Notes under the pieces: model-generated | What the model saw: the letters and a program-made list of their open reading frames with translations, nothing else | Databases searched by the model: none | Told to the model about the DNA's origin: nothing | Position numbers and translations under genes: made by a program | Shown here: one piece after another, positions 36,410 to 45,388 of the stretch | Layout of the letters: each line of letters starts with the position of its first letter | How positions within the stretch are numbered: the stretch's first letter is position 1 | Assembly: GCA_964652615.1 (NCBI GenBank) | Contig: CAZZAT010000002.1 | Location: 7,296 to 71,295, forward strand | Reading direction: 5' to 3' | DNA from: an uncultured Candidatus Saccharibacteria bacterium | GTDB taxonomy: Bacteria; Patescibacteriota; Minisyncoccia; Phycocordibacterales; Phycocordibacteraceae | Length of the DNA: 64,000 bases

Positions 36410-37663
36410 ATGGCTAAAAAAACTACCAAGAAGAAAGCAAAAAAAGTCGCAAAGAAACCTGCGAAGGGCAAGAAGGCTATAAAGAAGAAGTCGGTAAAGA
36501 AGGCTGCCAAGCGCCCTGCAAAGAAAGTATTGAAGGGCAAGAAAGGCATGAAGGCAGTAGTTCGTGCAGGCGCACTCTCTGCACGCCAGAAGGCCAAAGT
36601 AGCGCAGGAGGATAAGGCGGAAGCCCTTATTCGCAAGGGACGCGATCGCGGCTACATAACGTACAGCGAAATCCTTCGCGAATTCCCGCACATCGAAGAG
36701 GACGTCTCCTTTCTCGATGAGCTCTATGAGCGCTTCTCAACCTGCGGTATCGACATTCTTGAAGGCGGTATGCTCGAGGATAATGCTGATGAGTATCTTG
36801 CAACAAGAAACATCAAAGGCCGCGACTCCGCTTCCTATGACTCCATCCAAATTTATCTTCGCGAAATCGGCCAGTACCCGCTTTTGACTGCGGCTGAAGA
36901 GCGCGAGCTCGCAAAGCGCATTGAAAAGGGAGATGATGAGGCGCGCAACATTCTTGCTCGCTCAAACCTTCGTCTCGTCGTCTCTATCGCAAAGAAGTAT
37001 GTGGGCCGCTCTCCTGACCTCACGCTTCTCGACCTTATCCAAGAAGGAAACCTTGGCCTCTTTAAGGCGGTTGATAAGTTTGATTGGAACAAAGGCTTCA
37101 AGTTCTCAACGTATGCAACGTGGTGGATTCGCCAGGCGATTACGCGCGCACTTGCAGACCAGTCCCGCACCATCCGCATTCCCGTGCACATGGTCGAGAC
37201 TATTGCTAAATACAAGCAGGTCTCTCGCCGCCTTGCCCAAGCGCTTGGACGCGACCCGCAGCCTGAAGAGGTTGCTATTGAGATGGGCCTTGAGGTGGAT
37301 AAGATTTATCAGATTGAGAAAATAAACCAAGATACCCTCTCTCTTGAAAGCCCCATCGGTTCAGATGACGACGAGAAGTCTTCTCTTGGCGACTTTATTG
37401 CAGACGATAAGATCCCGTCTCCGGTACAGGAGTCTTCGGAGCGTATCTTGACTGAACAGGTGCGAGATATTTTGGACGACCTCTCTCCCAAGGAGCGCAA
37501 AATTCTCGAGATGCGCCACGGCCTTATGGATGGCATCTATCACACCCTTGAGGAAGTGGGGCGCGAGTTCGGCGTTACGCGCGAGCGCATTCGCCAAATA
37601 GAAGCGAAAGCGCTTGAGAAGATACGCACGCACGAGAAGGCGCGGCGTCTCAAAAGCTATTAG
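36410..37663 (+). CDS. rpoD: Primary sigma factor (sigma-70 family) with a Lys-rich N-terminal extension
   Basis: Region 2.4 ([13 protein letters not shown]), region 3, and region 4.2 ([24 protein letters not shown]); it lies directly downstream of dnaG. Confidence 0.9.
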   Translation: MAKKTTKKKAKKVAKKPAKGKKAIKKKSVKKAAKRPAKKVLKGKKGMKAVVRAGALSARQKAKVAQEDKAEALIRKGRDRGYITYSEILREFPHIEEDVSFLDELYERFSTCGIDILEGGMLEDNADEYLATRNIKGRDSASYDSIQIYLREIGQYPLLTAAEERELAKRIEKGDDEARNILARSNLRLVVSIAKKYVGRSPDLTLLDLIQEGNLGLFKAVDKFDWNKGFKFSTYATWWIRQAITRALADQSRTIRIPVHMVETIAKYKQVSRRLAQALGRDPQPEEVAIEMGLEVDKIYQIEKINQDTLSLESPIGSDDDEKSSLGDFIADDKIPSPVQESSERILTEQVRDILDDLSPKERKILEMRHGLMDGIYHTLEEVGREFGVTRERIRQIEAKALEKIRTHEKARRLKSY

Positions 37664-37708
37664 TTTCTCGTACTTGCAACTCCCCCGCGGTGGGGTAGGA
37701 TACGCTCT

Positions 37709-37728
37709 TGCCGTGCATTCGCACGGCA
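37709..37728 (+). terminator. Hairpin after rpoD (weak T-tract)
   Basis: tgccgtgc-attc-gcacggca. Confidence 0.3.
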
Positions 37729-37757
37729 GTCGTATTGCCTTATAAAAGGGAAGACTG

Positions 37758-38837
37758 ATGCAAACAGCACCCGTACGAAACCTACACAAAACCATGCGCG
37801 TCACAGATGAAATCCTTGAACGGTACCGCACGCAAAGCGCGGCGTTCATGTCGCCCGACCAAGCCGGCGCCCGCCGGTTCTACCGCTCGCAGCACCGCAC
37901 CGAAATAGCGGTGTTGAAGTGCATGGACGGCAGGCTCAACTTGGCGCTCATGACGAATACGCCGCCCGGCATTCTCTCGCCGTTTCGCACGATGGGAGGA
38001 AAGTTCAACATGGGGTGGCCGTGGTTTGGCGACCTCATCGATGAATGGGTGAAGCATGCGTGGGAGAAGCAGCGCAGCGCGGTCATTCTGGTGACCTACC
38101 ACTTTTCGCGCTCCCATAATTCGCATCTCGGATGCAAAGGATGGGGGTACGACCAAGCGGCTGCACAGGATGCGGCGCATGCGCTCGTGAACGACATTGG
38201 GCGCATCTATGGCGTCGGGCACGATGGCGTTCGCGCTATCGTAGTCGGTATTGAAACGGATGAAGACGCACTCGTTTTTCACGGAAATGGAACGCTCGAC
38301 TTGGCACAAGAGGCGGACACCGCTGAATTTGAGCTTCTCGAGAAGTTTCGCGTTCTTTTCCCTGGCATGGGACTTCAAGTTCTTTCCGATGTGTTTGAAC
38401 TCGTGAAAGGCAATATTGCGCATATCGCCGAGATTCGCGCCAAAAAGCGCGAACCTATCGACATGGACCATCGCGAAAACATCATCGGGGTGGGCCGCGG
38501 TTTCGATTCGCTCCATATGCCCAACCGAGCGCTCATCATCGGCCCCTTCGATCATGGGTGGCCAAACGAAGTGGCAGTCGCAGGAAAGATTGTTAAAAGC
38601 AATCTTGAAGCGGGCCGCATCAACGTCGAGGACGGCTTCCTTTTGCTGTGCTCGTCTGCGTTTCGCAAGGACCGCGGCACGGGCCTTGAACGGCACCGCT
38701 CTGAATTCCGAGCGAAGGAAATTGCGAAGTACGCTCAAAAGGCGCTTACCGAGGCAGTTCCCGATCTTACATTCGATGTCGTTATCGGCACTGTCGATAT
38801 GGATACTCGCGAACTCTACGTTCTCGAGCGGTCATAG
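37758..38837 (+). CDS. Hypothetical protein (359 aa) with a CxDxR ... HxxC motif pair
   Basis: VLKCMDGR at aa 52-59 and SHLGCKG at aa 122-128 resemble the zinc-site spacing of beta-carbonic anhydrase, but overall similarity is not established. Confidence 0.5.
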   Translation: MQTAPVRNLHKTMRVTDEILERYRTQSAAFMSPDQAGARRFYRSQHRTEIAVLKCMDGRLNLALMTNTPPGILSPFRTMGGKFNMGWPWFGDLIDEWVKHAWEKQRSAVILVTYHFSRSHNSHLGCKGWGYDQAAAQDAAHALVNDIGRIYGVGHDGVRAIVVGIETDEDALVFHGNGTLDLAQEADTAEFELLEKFRVLFPGMGLQVLSDVFELVKGNIAHIAEIRAKKREPIDMDHRENIIGVGRGFDSLHMPNRALIIGPFDHGWPNEVAVAGKIVKSNLEAGRINVEDGFLLLCSSAFRKDRGTGLERHRSEFRAKEIAKYAQKALTEAVPDLTFDVVIGTVDMDTRELYVLERS

Positions 38838-38902
38838 GCGGCAGAGCACTTCATTTGGAGCTGGCACCTTGGTGCCAGCTCTTTTTGCTACACTATGGCC
38901 GT

Positions 38903-39727
38903 ATGCCGCGACGCAAGAAGAAATATCCCATAACGCACTGGAGCTACTCCTCCTTGATGGCGTATTTGCGCAACCCTCTGGCGTGGTATAAGCACTACGT
39001 TCTTAAGATATACGACACGCCGCGCGGTCCCTCTGCCATTGTGGGCGTTGCAGGCCATCTTGCGCTCGAGCATTTCTATACCGGCTTTTCAAAAGAGCAG
39101 GCAATTGAGCAGGGGCTCGTCTATCTTCGCAGCGTTCCTGATTTTGAAATAAACTTCGGTGTTGCTTCAACGCGCCTCGCTAAAAAAGCAAAGCGCCTTT
39201 CCATGGAGCGCGACTATCTTCAAGCCATCGGCTTCTATCTCGCTCGTCCGCCGCGTCATCGCGTGCTTGCTGCAGAAGCGAAGGGACTTGCTAAAGTACA
39301 AGGCCTTCCGCTTCAGGTCAAAGCGGTCGCAGATCTTGTCGTCGAGTCGAAAGGAAACAAGGGATGCGTTGATGTTGTGGATCATAAGTTTGTCGAGACG
39401 TTTAGTAAGGCAAAGGGCGCAAAACCACTCTTCATGCTCCAAGCAGTCTTTAACTACTATGTCGTCTCCTCACTGTACGGGAAGCCGGTGAAGCGCTTTA
39501 TGGTCTATGAGTGCAAGAAGTCCAAAAACAAAGACGGGAAGCCCCAGCTTCGAAAGTACGTCCTCCACTATGACGACATGGCAGATGCCTTTGACGTCTT
39601 TCACCGGCTCGTGAAGGAAGCGAGCGCGGAAATAGCAACGCGCCGCACGTATCTTCCTAACCCTTCAGACATGTTTGAAGGAGAAGATTCGTTTGAACTC
39701 TACCGTCTTCGACTTACCGAAGACTAA
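38903..39727 (+). CDS. Putative PD-(D/E)xK nuclease of the Cas4/RecB-like family, without the C-terminal Cys cluster
   Basis: An N-terminal SYSSLxxYxxNPxxWY motif (cf. RecB-family SxSxLxxYxxCP); candidate motif II ADLVVE and motif III VVDHK; no C-terminal CxxC...C. Confidence 0.45.
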   Translation: MPRRKKKYPITHWSYSSLMAYLRNPLAWYKHYVLKIYDTPRGPSAIVGVAGHLALEHFYTGFSKEQAIEQGLVYLRSVPDFEINFGVASTRLAKKAKRLSMERDYLQAIGFYLARPPRHRVLAAEAKGLAKVQGLPLQVKAVADLVVESKGNKGCVDVVDHKFVETFSKAKGAKPLFMLQAVFNYYVVSSLYGKPVKRFMVYECKKSKNKDGKPQLRKYVLHYDDMADAFDVFHRLVKEASAEIATRRTYLPNPSDMFEGEDSFELYRLRLTED

Positions 39728-40407
39728 CGTACGCGCGAGATTGCCTCTTCAATGACTTGCTTCAAAGGCTCGTAGGGAAGAGCACCCGTTACGGGAATAG
39801 GGTCTGCGCCGCGAACCAAAATTACGATGTAGGGAGTGCCGCCAGCTCCTGCATCCTTTGCATTTTGTATATCGTTTGCAACACGCTCAACAAAACGGTC
39901 GCTCTCCATACACTGCGTAAACACATCTTGTGAGAGTCCGAGACTTGAAACTACAGCCCCATAGCCATTTGGATTGAACTGGTCGCTTCCAGGAGCTGCC
40001 TGCTGAAGCGCATCTATGAAGCTAAAGAAAAGAGGGTCGCCTCCTTGCTCTGCAACGCACTCGGCAGCTTCAGCGTGGAGTCCTGCGTTTGGGTGTACAG
40101 GAATGAGAGGAAGGTGGCGGTATACCCATGCCACTTGGCCTCCTTCACCATATTCGCTCATGAGCTGGGCCATGGTTGCTTGGAAGCTTTTGCAGTATGC
40201 GCAATCAATATCAGAGTATTCAACGACAATAACAGGAGCTTCTGGGTTGCCAATCATATGGTCGTCCGGAGAGACAGGACGCACGGATGCGGCTGCTTCA
40301 AGAGGTGATACCGACACATCGGTGCGCACGACATAAATAGCTATCGCAAGCAGGGCGCCAGCGATAAGGATGGTAATAGGGATGAGATACGGGTGGCGGT
40401 CATTCAT
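39724..40407 (-). CDS. DsbA/thioredoxin-fold thiol-disulfide oxidoreductase, membrane anchored
   Basis: An N-terminal TM helix and a CAYC active-site CxxC in a thioredoxin-like context. Confidence 0.7.
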   Translation of the reverse strand: MNDRHPYLIPITILIAGALLAIAIYVVRTDVSVSPLEAAASVRPVSPDDHMIGNPEAPVIVVEYSDIDCAYCKSFQATMAQLMSEYGEGGQVAWVYRHLPLIPVHPNAGLHAEAAECVAEQGGDPLFFSFIDALQQAAPGSDQFNPNGYGAVVSSLGLSQDVFTQCMESDRFVERVANDIQNAKDAGAGGTPYIVILVRGADPIPVTGALPYEPLKQVIEEAISRVR

Positions 40408-40434
40408 ATATGCAGTATATCGTCCCGTCTTTCT

Positions 40435-41013
40435 CTAGAGACCAAGCGTGTGGGTAAGGGCGTGGGTGTCGCCTGGCGCTTCCCACGAAGAAGTATCGAG
40501 TTTAATCTCACGCTTTTGCGAGAAGTCCTTGTATTTCACATGCCCATGCTCCTTCGCATAGTCATAGAGTTCTCTTGTGAGCCGCACATCTTCGATGCAG
40601 TACTCGCGCACTTTGTCGTAGAGCCCTTCGTCCCACCACTTCATTGCATCTAGGCCTGCCCCTTTCTTGCCTTTACCAAGCGTCGCTTCCGCAAGCGACT
40701 GAAGGCGTATGCGCCGTCCAAGCGACTTATATACCTCGGAGAGAAGGTCGAGCGAGCGAATCTTGGTGAGGTCGCCTGGGTAGTAGCGGTTTAAGAGGGG
40801 AATATCGAAGGTGTCCGAGTTAAAGCCGATAAGCATGTCTGCGCCCTCAAGAATAGGCCAGAGCTTCGGCAGATCCTCCATAAGGTATGAAGAGTATTCT
40901 CCTGTCGAAGAGTCGTGTACGCCAACCACCGTAAGCTCCATCTGGTTTACGTCGAGCCTGCCGCCAACGGCGGATGTCATCTTTGTTTCAATGTCGAAAG
41001 TAATCGCTCGCAT
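40435..41013 (-). CDS. DEDD-family 3'-5' exonuclease domain protein
   Basis: ITFDIET...LIGFNSDTFDIPLL...YCIEDVRLT matches the Exo I/II/III motifs. Confidence 0.65.
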   Translation of the reverse strand: MRAITFDIETKMTSAVGGRLDVNQMELTVVGVHDSSTGEYSSYLMEDLPKLWPILEGADMLIGFNSDTFDIPLLNRYYPGDLTKIRSLDLLSEVYKSLGRRIRLQSLAEATLGKGKKGAGLDAMKWWDEGLYDKVREYCIEDVRLTRELYDYAKEHGHVKYKDFSQKREIKLDTSSWEAPGDTHALTHTLGL

Positions 41014-41020
41014 ATCCGCA

Positions 41021-42286
41021 CTAGTGCCTTGCGATATAGGATGGAGCGTCTTTCACCTTGACTTCCTTTTCCTTGCTTTTCGTAAGCTCTTTCACGCGTA
41101 CTTTCTTTTTCTTCTGCTCCTCTTTACCAAACGCTATGAAGAAGGGAATGCCGCGACGTACCGCTTCTTTTACCTGATCGCCAAGTCCTTTCGTACCGGA
41201 AGCGACCATACTTGCTACGCCTTCCTTGCGAAGCGTCTCAGCAAAAGCTTGCGCGAGAGCCATATCGTCCTCATCAGGCACGCCTACATATACCGTAGGG
41301 GCGCTTGCACTATTCTTGTGAAGCTTGTGCGTCTCAAGAAAATCAAGAAGTGTCGTCACCCCTACCGCAAAGCCAACTGCAGGGAGCTCTTCGCCGCCGA
41401 AAAGGGAAACGAGTCCGTCATAGCGGCCGCCTCCAAGCAAGGCTCGTGGGTTTTCTGCATTTGTGTCGTACACCTCAAAGACGATGCCCGTGTAGTAGAG
41501 GAACCCGCGTACAACCGTAGGGTCAAAGACAACGTTATCCATGCCGCGTTCCTTGAAAGCATGTAAGAGACCCGCAAGCTTCTCGCGTTCCTCGATGACT
41601 GCTTCGTGCGCATCAGCTTCAATAAGTTCAAGCGGGTCAGTGCCGTTTCTGCGGTAGGGTGCGCGTGCAGTCTCGAATACATCAGCAGGCATCTTGTCTT
41701 TTCTATCAAGCACGGCGCAATACGCCGTTACTTCATCTTTTGAAAGGCCAAGTGCTTCGCACGCAGCATCCAAGAGCGCTCTCGAGTTTATCTTTATGCG
41801 AAAGTCTGCATTCTTTGCGCCATATGCTCGCAGAAGCTCGTAGGCAGTGACGACTGCTTCTCCTTCAGCTTGTGCGCCGCTAAAGCCCACAATATCCACG
41901 TCTATTTGATAGAACTCGCGCTCGCGCCCCTTTTGCGGACGCTCATAACGGAAGCGGTTGCCGATAGAAAACCAGCGAAGCGGGTAGACAAGCTCACGGC
42001 GCTTTCCCGCTACCATGCGCGCAAGCGTAGGCGTCATTTCAGGACGGAGCGTCACACGACGCTCGCCTCTATCAGTGAAGGTATAGGTCTGTTCATTCAC
42101 TATTTCCTCCGATGTCTTGCTTTCGTAAAGCTCCGCTCGTTCAAGCGGGGAGGCGTTGTATTCGGAAAAGCCGCGTAGTGTGAGCGTTTTGCGGGCAGTC
42201 TGGAAAATATCCTGCATGCGCGCCCAATCTTCCGGGTAGAAGTCGCGCACTCCTTTATACGGCTCAGTCGACAAATGCTCCTTCAT
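41021..42286 (-). CDS. hisS: Histidyl-tRNA synthetase
   Basis: RPEMTPTLARMVAG, REFYQIDVDIVG and GGGRYDGL motifs, plus a C-terminal anticodon-binding domain. Confidence 0.9.
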   Translation of the reverse strand: MKEHLSTEPYKGVRDFYPEDWARMQDIFQTARKTLTLRGFSEYNASPLERAELYESKTSEEIVNEQTYTFTDRGERRVTLRPEMTPTLARMVAGKRRELVYPLRWFSIGNRFRYERPQKGREREFYQIDVDIVGFSGAQAEGEAVVTAYELLRAYGAKNADFRIKINSRALLDAACEALGLSKDEVTAYCAVLDRKDKMPADVFETARAPYRRNGTDPLELIEADAHEAVIEEREKLAGLLHAFKERGMDNVVFDPTVVRGFLYYTGIVFEVYDTNAENPRALLGGGRYDGLVSLFGGEELPAVGFAVGVTTLLDFLETHKLHKNSASAPTVYVGVPDEDDMALAQAFAETLRKEGVASMVASGTKGLGDQVKEAVRRGIPFFIAFGKEEQKKKKVRVKELTKSKEKEVKVKDAPSYIARH

Positions 42287-42313
42287 ACGCCCTAGTGTAG
42301 CAGAAAGGGGAGA

Positions 42314-42886
42314 TTAAAGCCCCGCCCGAGCCGCCAAAGGACGCTCATTCTCATGCCTCGAGGCCTCCCGCAGTATCACATCTCGCACATGCTCGGGACG
42401 CGCAAGACCGGTCATGCGTATGCGGTTCACTTCAGCGCCCGCAGACTCAACCGATACGGTACCAAACCCAAAGATGGTATGGAAGAAGCCCGTGACATCC
42501 GTCTCTACGTTTTGCACACGATGCAAGAATAAGGAAGACACCTCGCGGCTCCAGAAACTCTTCTGGTTCACATCAATGATGCGCTCGGTCGTGACAATCC
42601 ATTTATCAAGATAGTAGTCGGTAAAGACACCAAACGCCCCCATCCATACAAAGAGCCAGTAGATGCCGACGATAAAGCGCACCCACGGGTTATCAAACGA
42701 AAGCGTCGCGGCGATATCAATAGTTGCTGACGGATTCATCTGCGCTATATACCTTCCCGCAGCAGGAATGAGATACGGAATGTAATCAAGGATGGCAAAG
42801 GGAATGAGCTTTCCCACAAGAATAAGCGGGTGCTTGCTTAGCTTCAGAATCACTTTCTCGCCTGCGTGAAGGTGTACGGTATCCAT
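42314..42886 (-). CDS. Bacterial PH-domain (bPH_2/DUF304, YdbT-like) membrane protein
   Basis: The start is coupled to the upstream small ORF (TAAcATG); two TM helices followed by a bPH-like domain (YYLDKWIVTTERIIDV). Confidence 0.6.
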   Translation of the reverse strand: MDTVHLHAGEKVILKLSKHPLILVGKLIPFAILDYIPYLIPAAGRYIAQMNPSATIDIAATLSFDNPWVRFIVGIYWLFVWMGAFGVFTDYYLDKWIVTTERIIDVNQKSFWSREVSSLFLHRVQNVETDVTGFFHTIFGFGTVSVESAGAEVNRIRMTGLARPEHVRDVILREASRHENERPLAARAGL

Positions 42887-42887
42887 G

Positions 42888-43130
42888 TTAGTGAAGGCCG
42901 CCGGTTGCAAAGACGAATATCCATATCGATACGGCAAAGTGCACGGCCATAGCAGGTACCGCAATCATGTTGTCGCGCGAGTACTTGAACCAGTGGTACA
43001 GCACTACGAGCGTAAATACGGCCCACCAGATGAAAACGATGGTAATAATGACCGCGAGTACCGCTTCAATGCTTGCAGCAGGGAACAAGGACAGGGGATT
43101 AGGAATGACCGGTACTGGCGCTTCAGGCAT
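42888..43130 (-). CDS. Small membrane protein (80 aa, YdbS-like partner)
   Basis: The start overlaps the prmC stop (TAATG); two TM helices. Confidence 0.45.
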   Translation of the reverse strand: MPEAPVPVIPNPLSLFPAASIEAVLAVIITIVFIWWAVFTLVVLYHWFKYSRDNMIAVPAMAVHFAVSIWIFVFATGGLH

Positions 43131-43846
43131 TAGGGATAGTATGCCACGAGAAGGCGGGGCCTGCCGTACTGGTCGGTGCGTATCTCGCCTCCTATAAGCT
43201 TGTGTGCCTCGTTTATATTCTCTATGTCGCACTCCATCCATAGTTCACCTCCTTTCAGGTACTCTGGCGCTTCCGACGCTATGGCACGTATCAAAGAAAG
43301 GCCATCCTCTCCGCCAAAGAGCGCTTCTTTTGGTTCAAAGCGCATAACGCTCTCGGGCAGTTCTCGTGAGGAAGGAATATAGGGAGGGTTGGTAGCAATA
43401 CTGTCGAACATCTCGCCCTGAAAGCTCTCAAAGAGATCGCTCACGCGCACCTCACTCCTTGAAGCATCGAGATTATTTCTTTCGATGTTTTCCTGTATCT
43501 GGCGGCAATGTAGAGGAGAGATTTCACCAAATGACACTCGCGCATTTGGACAGTGTTTCAGCACCGAAAGCCCTATGGCTCCCGAGCCAGCGCACAGATC
43601 AAGTACGCGAAGCGGCCGTTCTCCAATATGTGTACAGAGTTCTTCTGCCCACCATTCAGTCTCGGGACGGGGGATGAGCGGCTTTGACGCTAGCTCTATC
43701 GAAAGCCCTAAAAAGGGAATATGCCCTATGACATACGCCAAAGGCTCTCCAGCAGCAAGCCTTGCTTCGTCAGCTTTAGTCGCGTCTGGCTTCTCGAGAT
43801 ACAGGGCTTTTATATCGTCCATATCCATACGGTATACTACGAGCAT
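43130..43846 (-). CDS. prmC: Release-factor glutamine N5-methyltransferase (HemK/PrmC), short form
   Basis: A SAM-binding VLDLCAGSGAIG motif and the NPPY motif (IATNPPYIP). The exact start is uncertain because its start codon abuts the divergent gene. Confidence 0.8.
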   Translation of the reverse strand: MLVVYRMDMDDIKALYLEKPDATKADEARLAAGEPLAYVIGHIPFLGLSIELASKPLIPRPETEWWAEELCTHIGERPLRVLDLCAGSGAIGLSVLKHCPNARVSFGEISPLHCRQIQENIERNNLDASRSEVRVSDLFESFQGEMFDSIATNPPYIPSSRELPESVMRFEPKEALFGGEDGLSLIRAIASEAPEYLKGGELWMECDIENINEAHKLIGGEIRTDQYGRPRLLVAYYP

Positions 43847-44308
43847 ATGAAATCTGCATTTTGGAATATCGTATTTGGTCTTTTCTTTGCATTCATCGTC
43901 TTGAAGGGCTCATGGCTTTTGACGGACGGCGGACGCTCTCTGCCTGTCCTTTCGTTCTTTGAGCTTTCCTTGATGACGCTCGCTATTTTCCGCCTCGTGC
44001 GCCTTGTGAGCTATGACGTCATTACGAAATTCATCCGTGATGCGGTTGCGGGTGCTCCCAGAGATTCCTTCCTTGGCACCTTCTCGCAGCTCATTAATTG
44101 CCCATGGTGCACTGGCCTTTGGTTTTCGTTCTTTGTTGTCTTCGCCTACTTTGCGACGCCGGTTGCATTCCCGATAATCGTGATTCTCGCGCTTGCAGGC
44201 GTTGCTTCCTTTATTCAAATACTTTCGAACCTTGTAGGCTGGCATGCAGAAGGGAAGAAGCGCGAGGTGCTTGGTTCTTCAGAGCAGTCAGTAACAAAAT
44301 GTGGGTAG
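43847..44308 (+). CDS. DUF1360-family membrane protein
   Basis: Has the characteristic CPWCTGLW motif and 3-4 TM helices. Confidence 0.6.
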   Translation: MKSAFWNIVFGLFFAFIVLKGSWLLTDGGRSLPVLSFFELSLMTLAIFRLVRLVSYDVITKFIRDAVAGAPRDSFLGTFSQLINCPWCTGLWFSFFVVFAYFATPVAFPIIVILALAGVASFIQILSNLVGWHAEGKKREVLGSSEQSVTKCG

Positions 44309-44325
44309 CGCAATAACCTGTACGC

Positions 44326-44505
44326 ATGTCACACGAAACACCAGCCTGGAAGAAACGAGATATTCAAGTGCTTCTTGAAGGGTTGCGAGGGTCGGGGAGA
44401 ATAAGCGATGAGGAAGCACGTCAAATTGAGGAGCGGGCGCACCATGCAAATGACAACGAACTTGACGTTATTAAAGAAGCGCTTACAAAGCGAAACTCCG
44501 CATAA
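44326..44505 (+). CDS. Small ORF (59 aa), weak
   Basis: An ATG with no SD; followed by a terminator. Confidence 0.2.
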   Translation: MSHETPAWKKRDIQVLLEGLRGSGRISDEEARQIEERAHHANDNELDVIKEALTKRNSA

Positions 44506-44538
44506 GGGACTCGTGCGAACTCTGTATATAAAGAAAAA

Positions 44539-44563
44539 CCCCGCCGAAGCGGGGAATTTCTTT
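44539..44563. terminator. Bidirectional terminator
   Basis: aaaaa-ccccgc-cgaa-gcgggg-aatttcttt. Confidence 0.55.
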
Positions 44564-44573
44564 ACGGAGCTAC

Positions 44574-44909
44574 TTAATAGCCGCCGCCGTAGCCGCCGCG
44601 ATCATTACCGTAACCACCGCGGTTACCGTAGCCGCCTCCCTGACGGGGAGGACGCTCGCCCTGTGGGCGTGCAAGGGAAACCGAGAGCGAACGCCCATCG
44701 AAGTCCTTACCGTCCCAACGGTCGATAGCCGCCTGCGCCGAGGCCTCATCAGCCATTTCGACGAAGCCGAATCCGCGTGAGCGGTTCGTCATGCGGTCCA
44801 TAATAATGCTTGCGGACGTAACCTGTCCTGCCTCTTCAAAGGCAGTGCGAAGCTGGTCCTCGGTCGTGCTGTAGGGAATACCGCCGACGTAGAGTTTTGT
44901 GTTAGCCAT
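44574..44909 (-). CDS. RRM-type RNA-binding protein with a Gly/Arg/Tyr-rich tail
   Basis: RNP-2 LYVGGI, RNP-1 RGFGFVEM, and a C-terminal GGYGN repeat region. Confidence 0.85.
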   Translation of the reverse strand: MANTKLYVGGIPYSTTEDQLRTAFEEAGQVTSASIIMDRMTNRSRGFGFVEMADEASAQAAIDRWDGKDFDGRSLSVSLARPQGERPPRQGGGYGNRGGYGNDRGGYGGGY

Positions 44910-45062
44910 GAATCTTCTTTATCTGTAACCTCGCCGATACCGAACACTTTTCAGGTTTAGGCCGTGAAGCTCCTGCCACCCGCGAGTTAGGGTCATAATC
45001 CCACAGACTTCATAAAAAAGCAATGTTGTCGGCCGTTCCTGTGGATTACAGGGCCCAGATAC

Positions 45063-45090
45063 TTGACATTTTGTATATACATGATACTGT
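45063..45090 (+). promoter_or_regulatory. Putative promoter
   Basis: TTGACA, a 16-nt spacer, then TACTGT. Confidence 0.3.
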
Positions 45091-45115
45091 AGATTGCGGG
45101 AAAGGAGGTGAGCAT

Positions 45116-45337
45116 ATGAACAAAGCTCATCAATTGATTCGCAAACTGCATCAGTGGCCGTATCTGCTCTCAGGGGCAGGTGGCGGTTATGTAATCTTGC
45201 AGGGCTCGCAAACGGCCGACAGCATGACCGGCGGCGCCTTCATGCAGCTGCCCTTCGTTGGGCCGGCTGTGTGCTTGATCGGCGTGCTGGCTCTCTACTG
45301 TCTCGGGCGCCTTTGCTGGCCGCTCTTGACTCGCTGA
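45116..45337 (+). CDS. Small membrane protein (73 aa)
   Basis: A strong SD (AAAGGAGGTG) 6 nt before the ATG; a GGG-rich middle region and a hydrophobic C-terminus. Confidence 0.45.
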   Translation: MNKAHQLIRKLHQWPYLLSGAGGGYVILQGSQTADSMTGGAFMQLPFVGPAVCLIGVLALYCLGRLCWPLLTR

Positions 45338-45388
45338 TCAAACGCGAATCCCCGACGGGGTGTGTCCACTACGGGCGCACCCCGTTTA

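Noticed and set aside
36313-36691. Minus-strand ORFs overlapping the rpoD 5' end
   Set aside because: They are antisense to the Lys-rich (AAG/AAA repeat) N-terminal region of sigma-70, so they are spurious.
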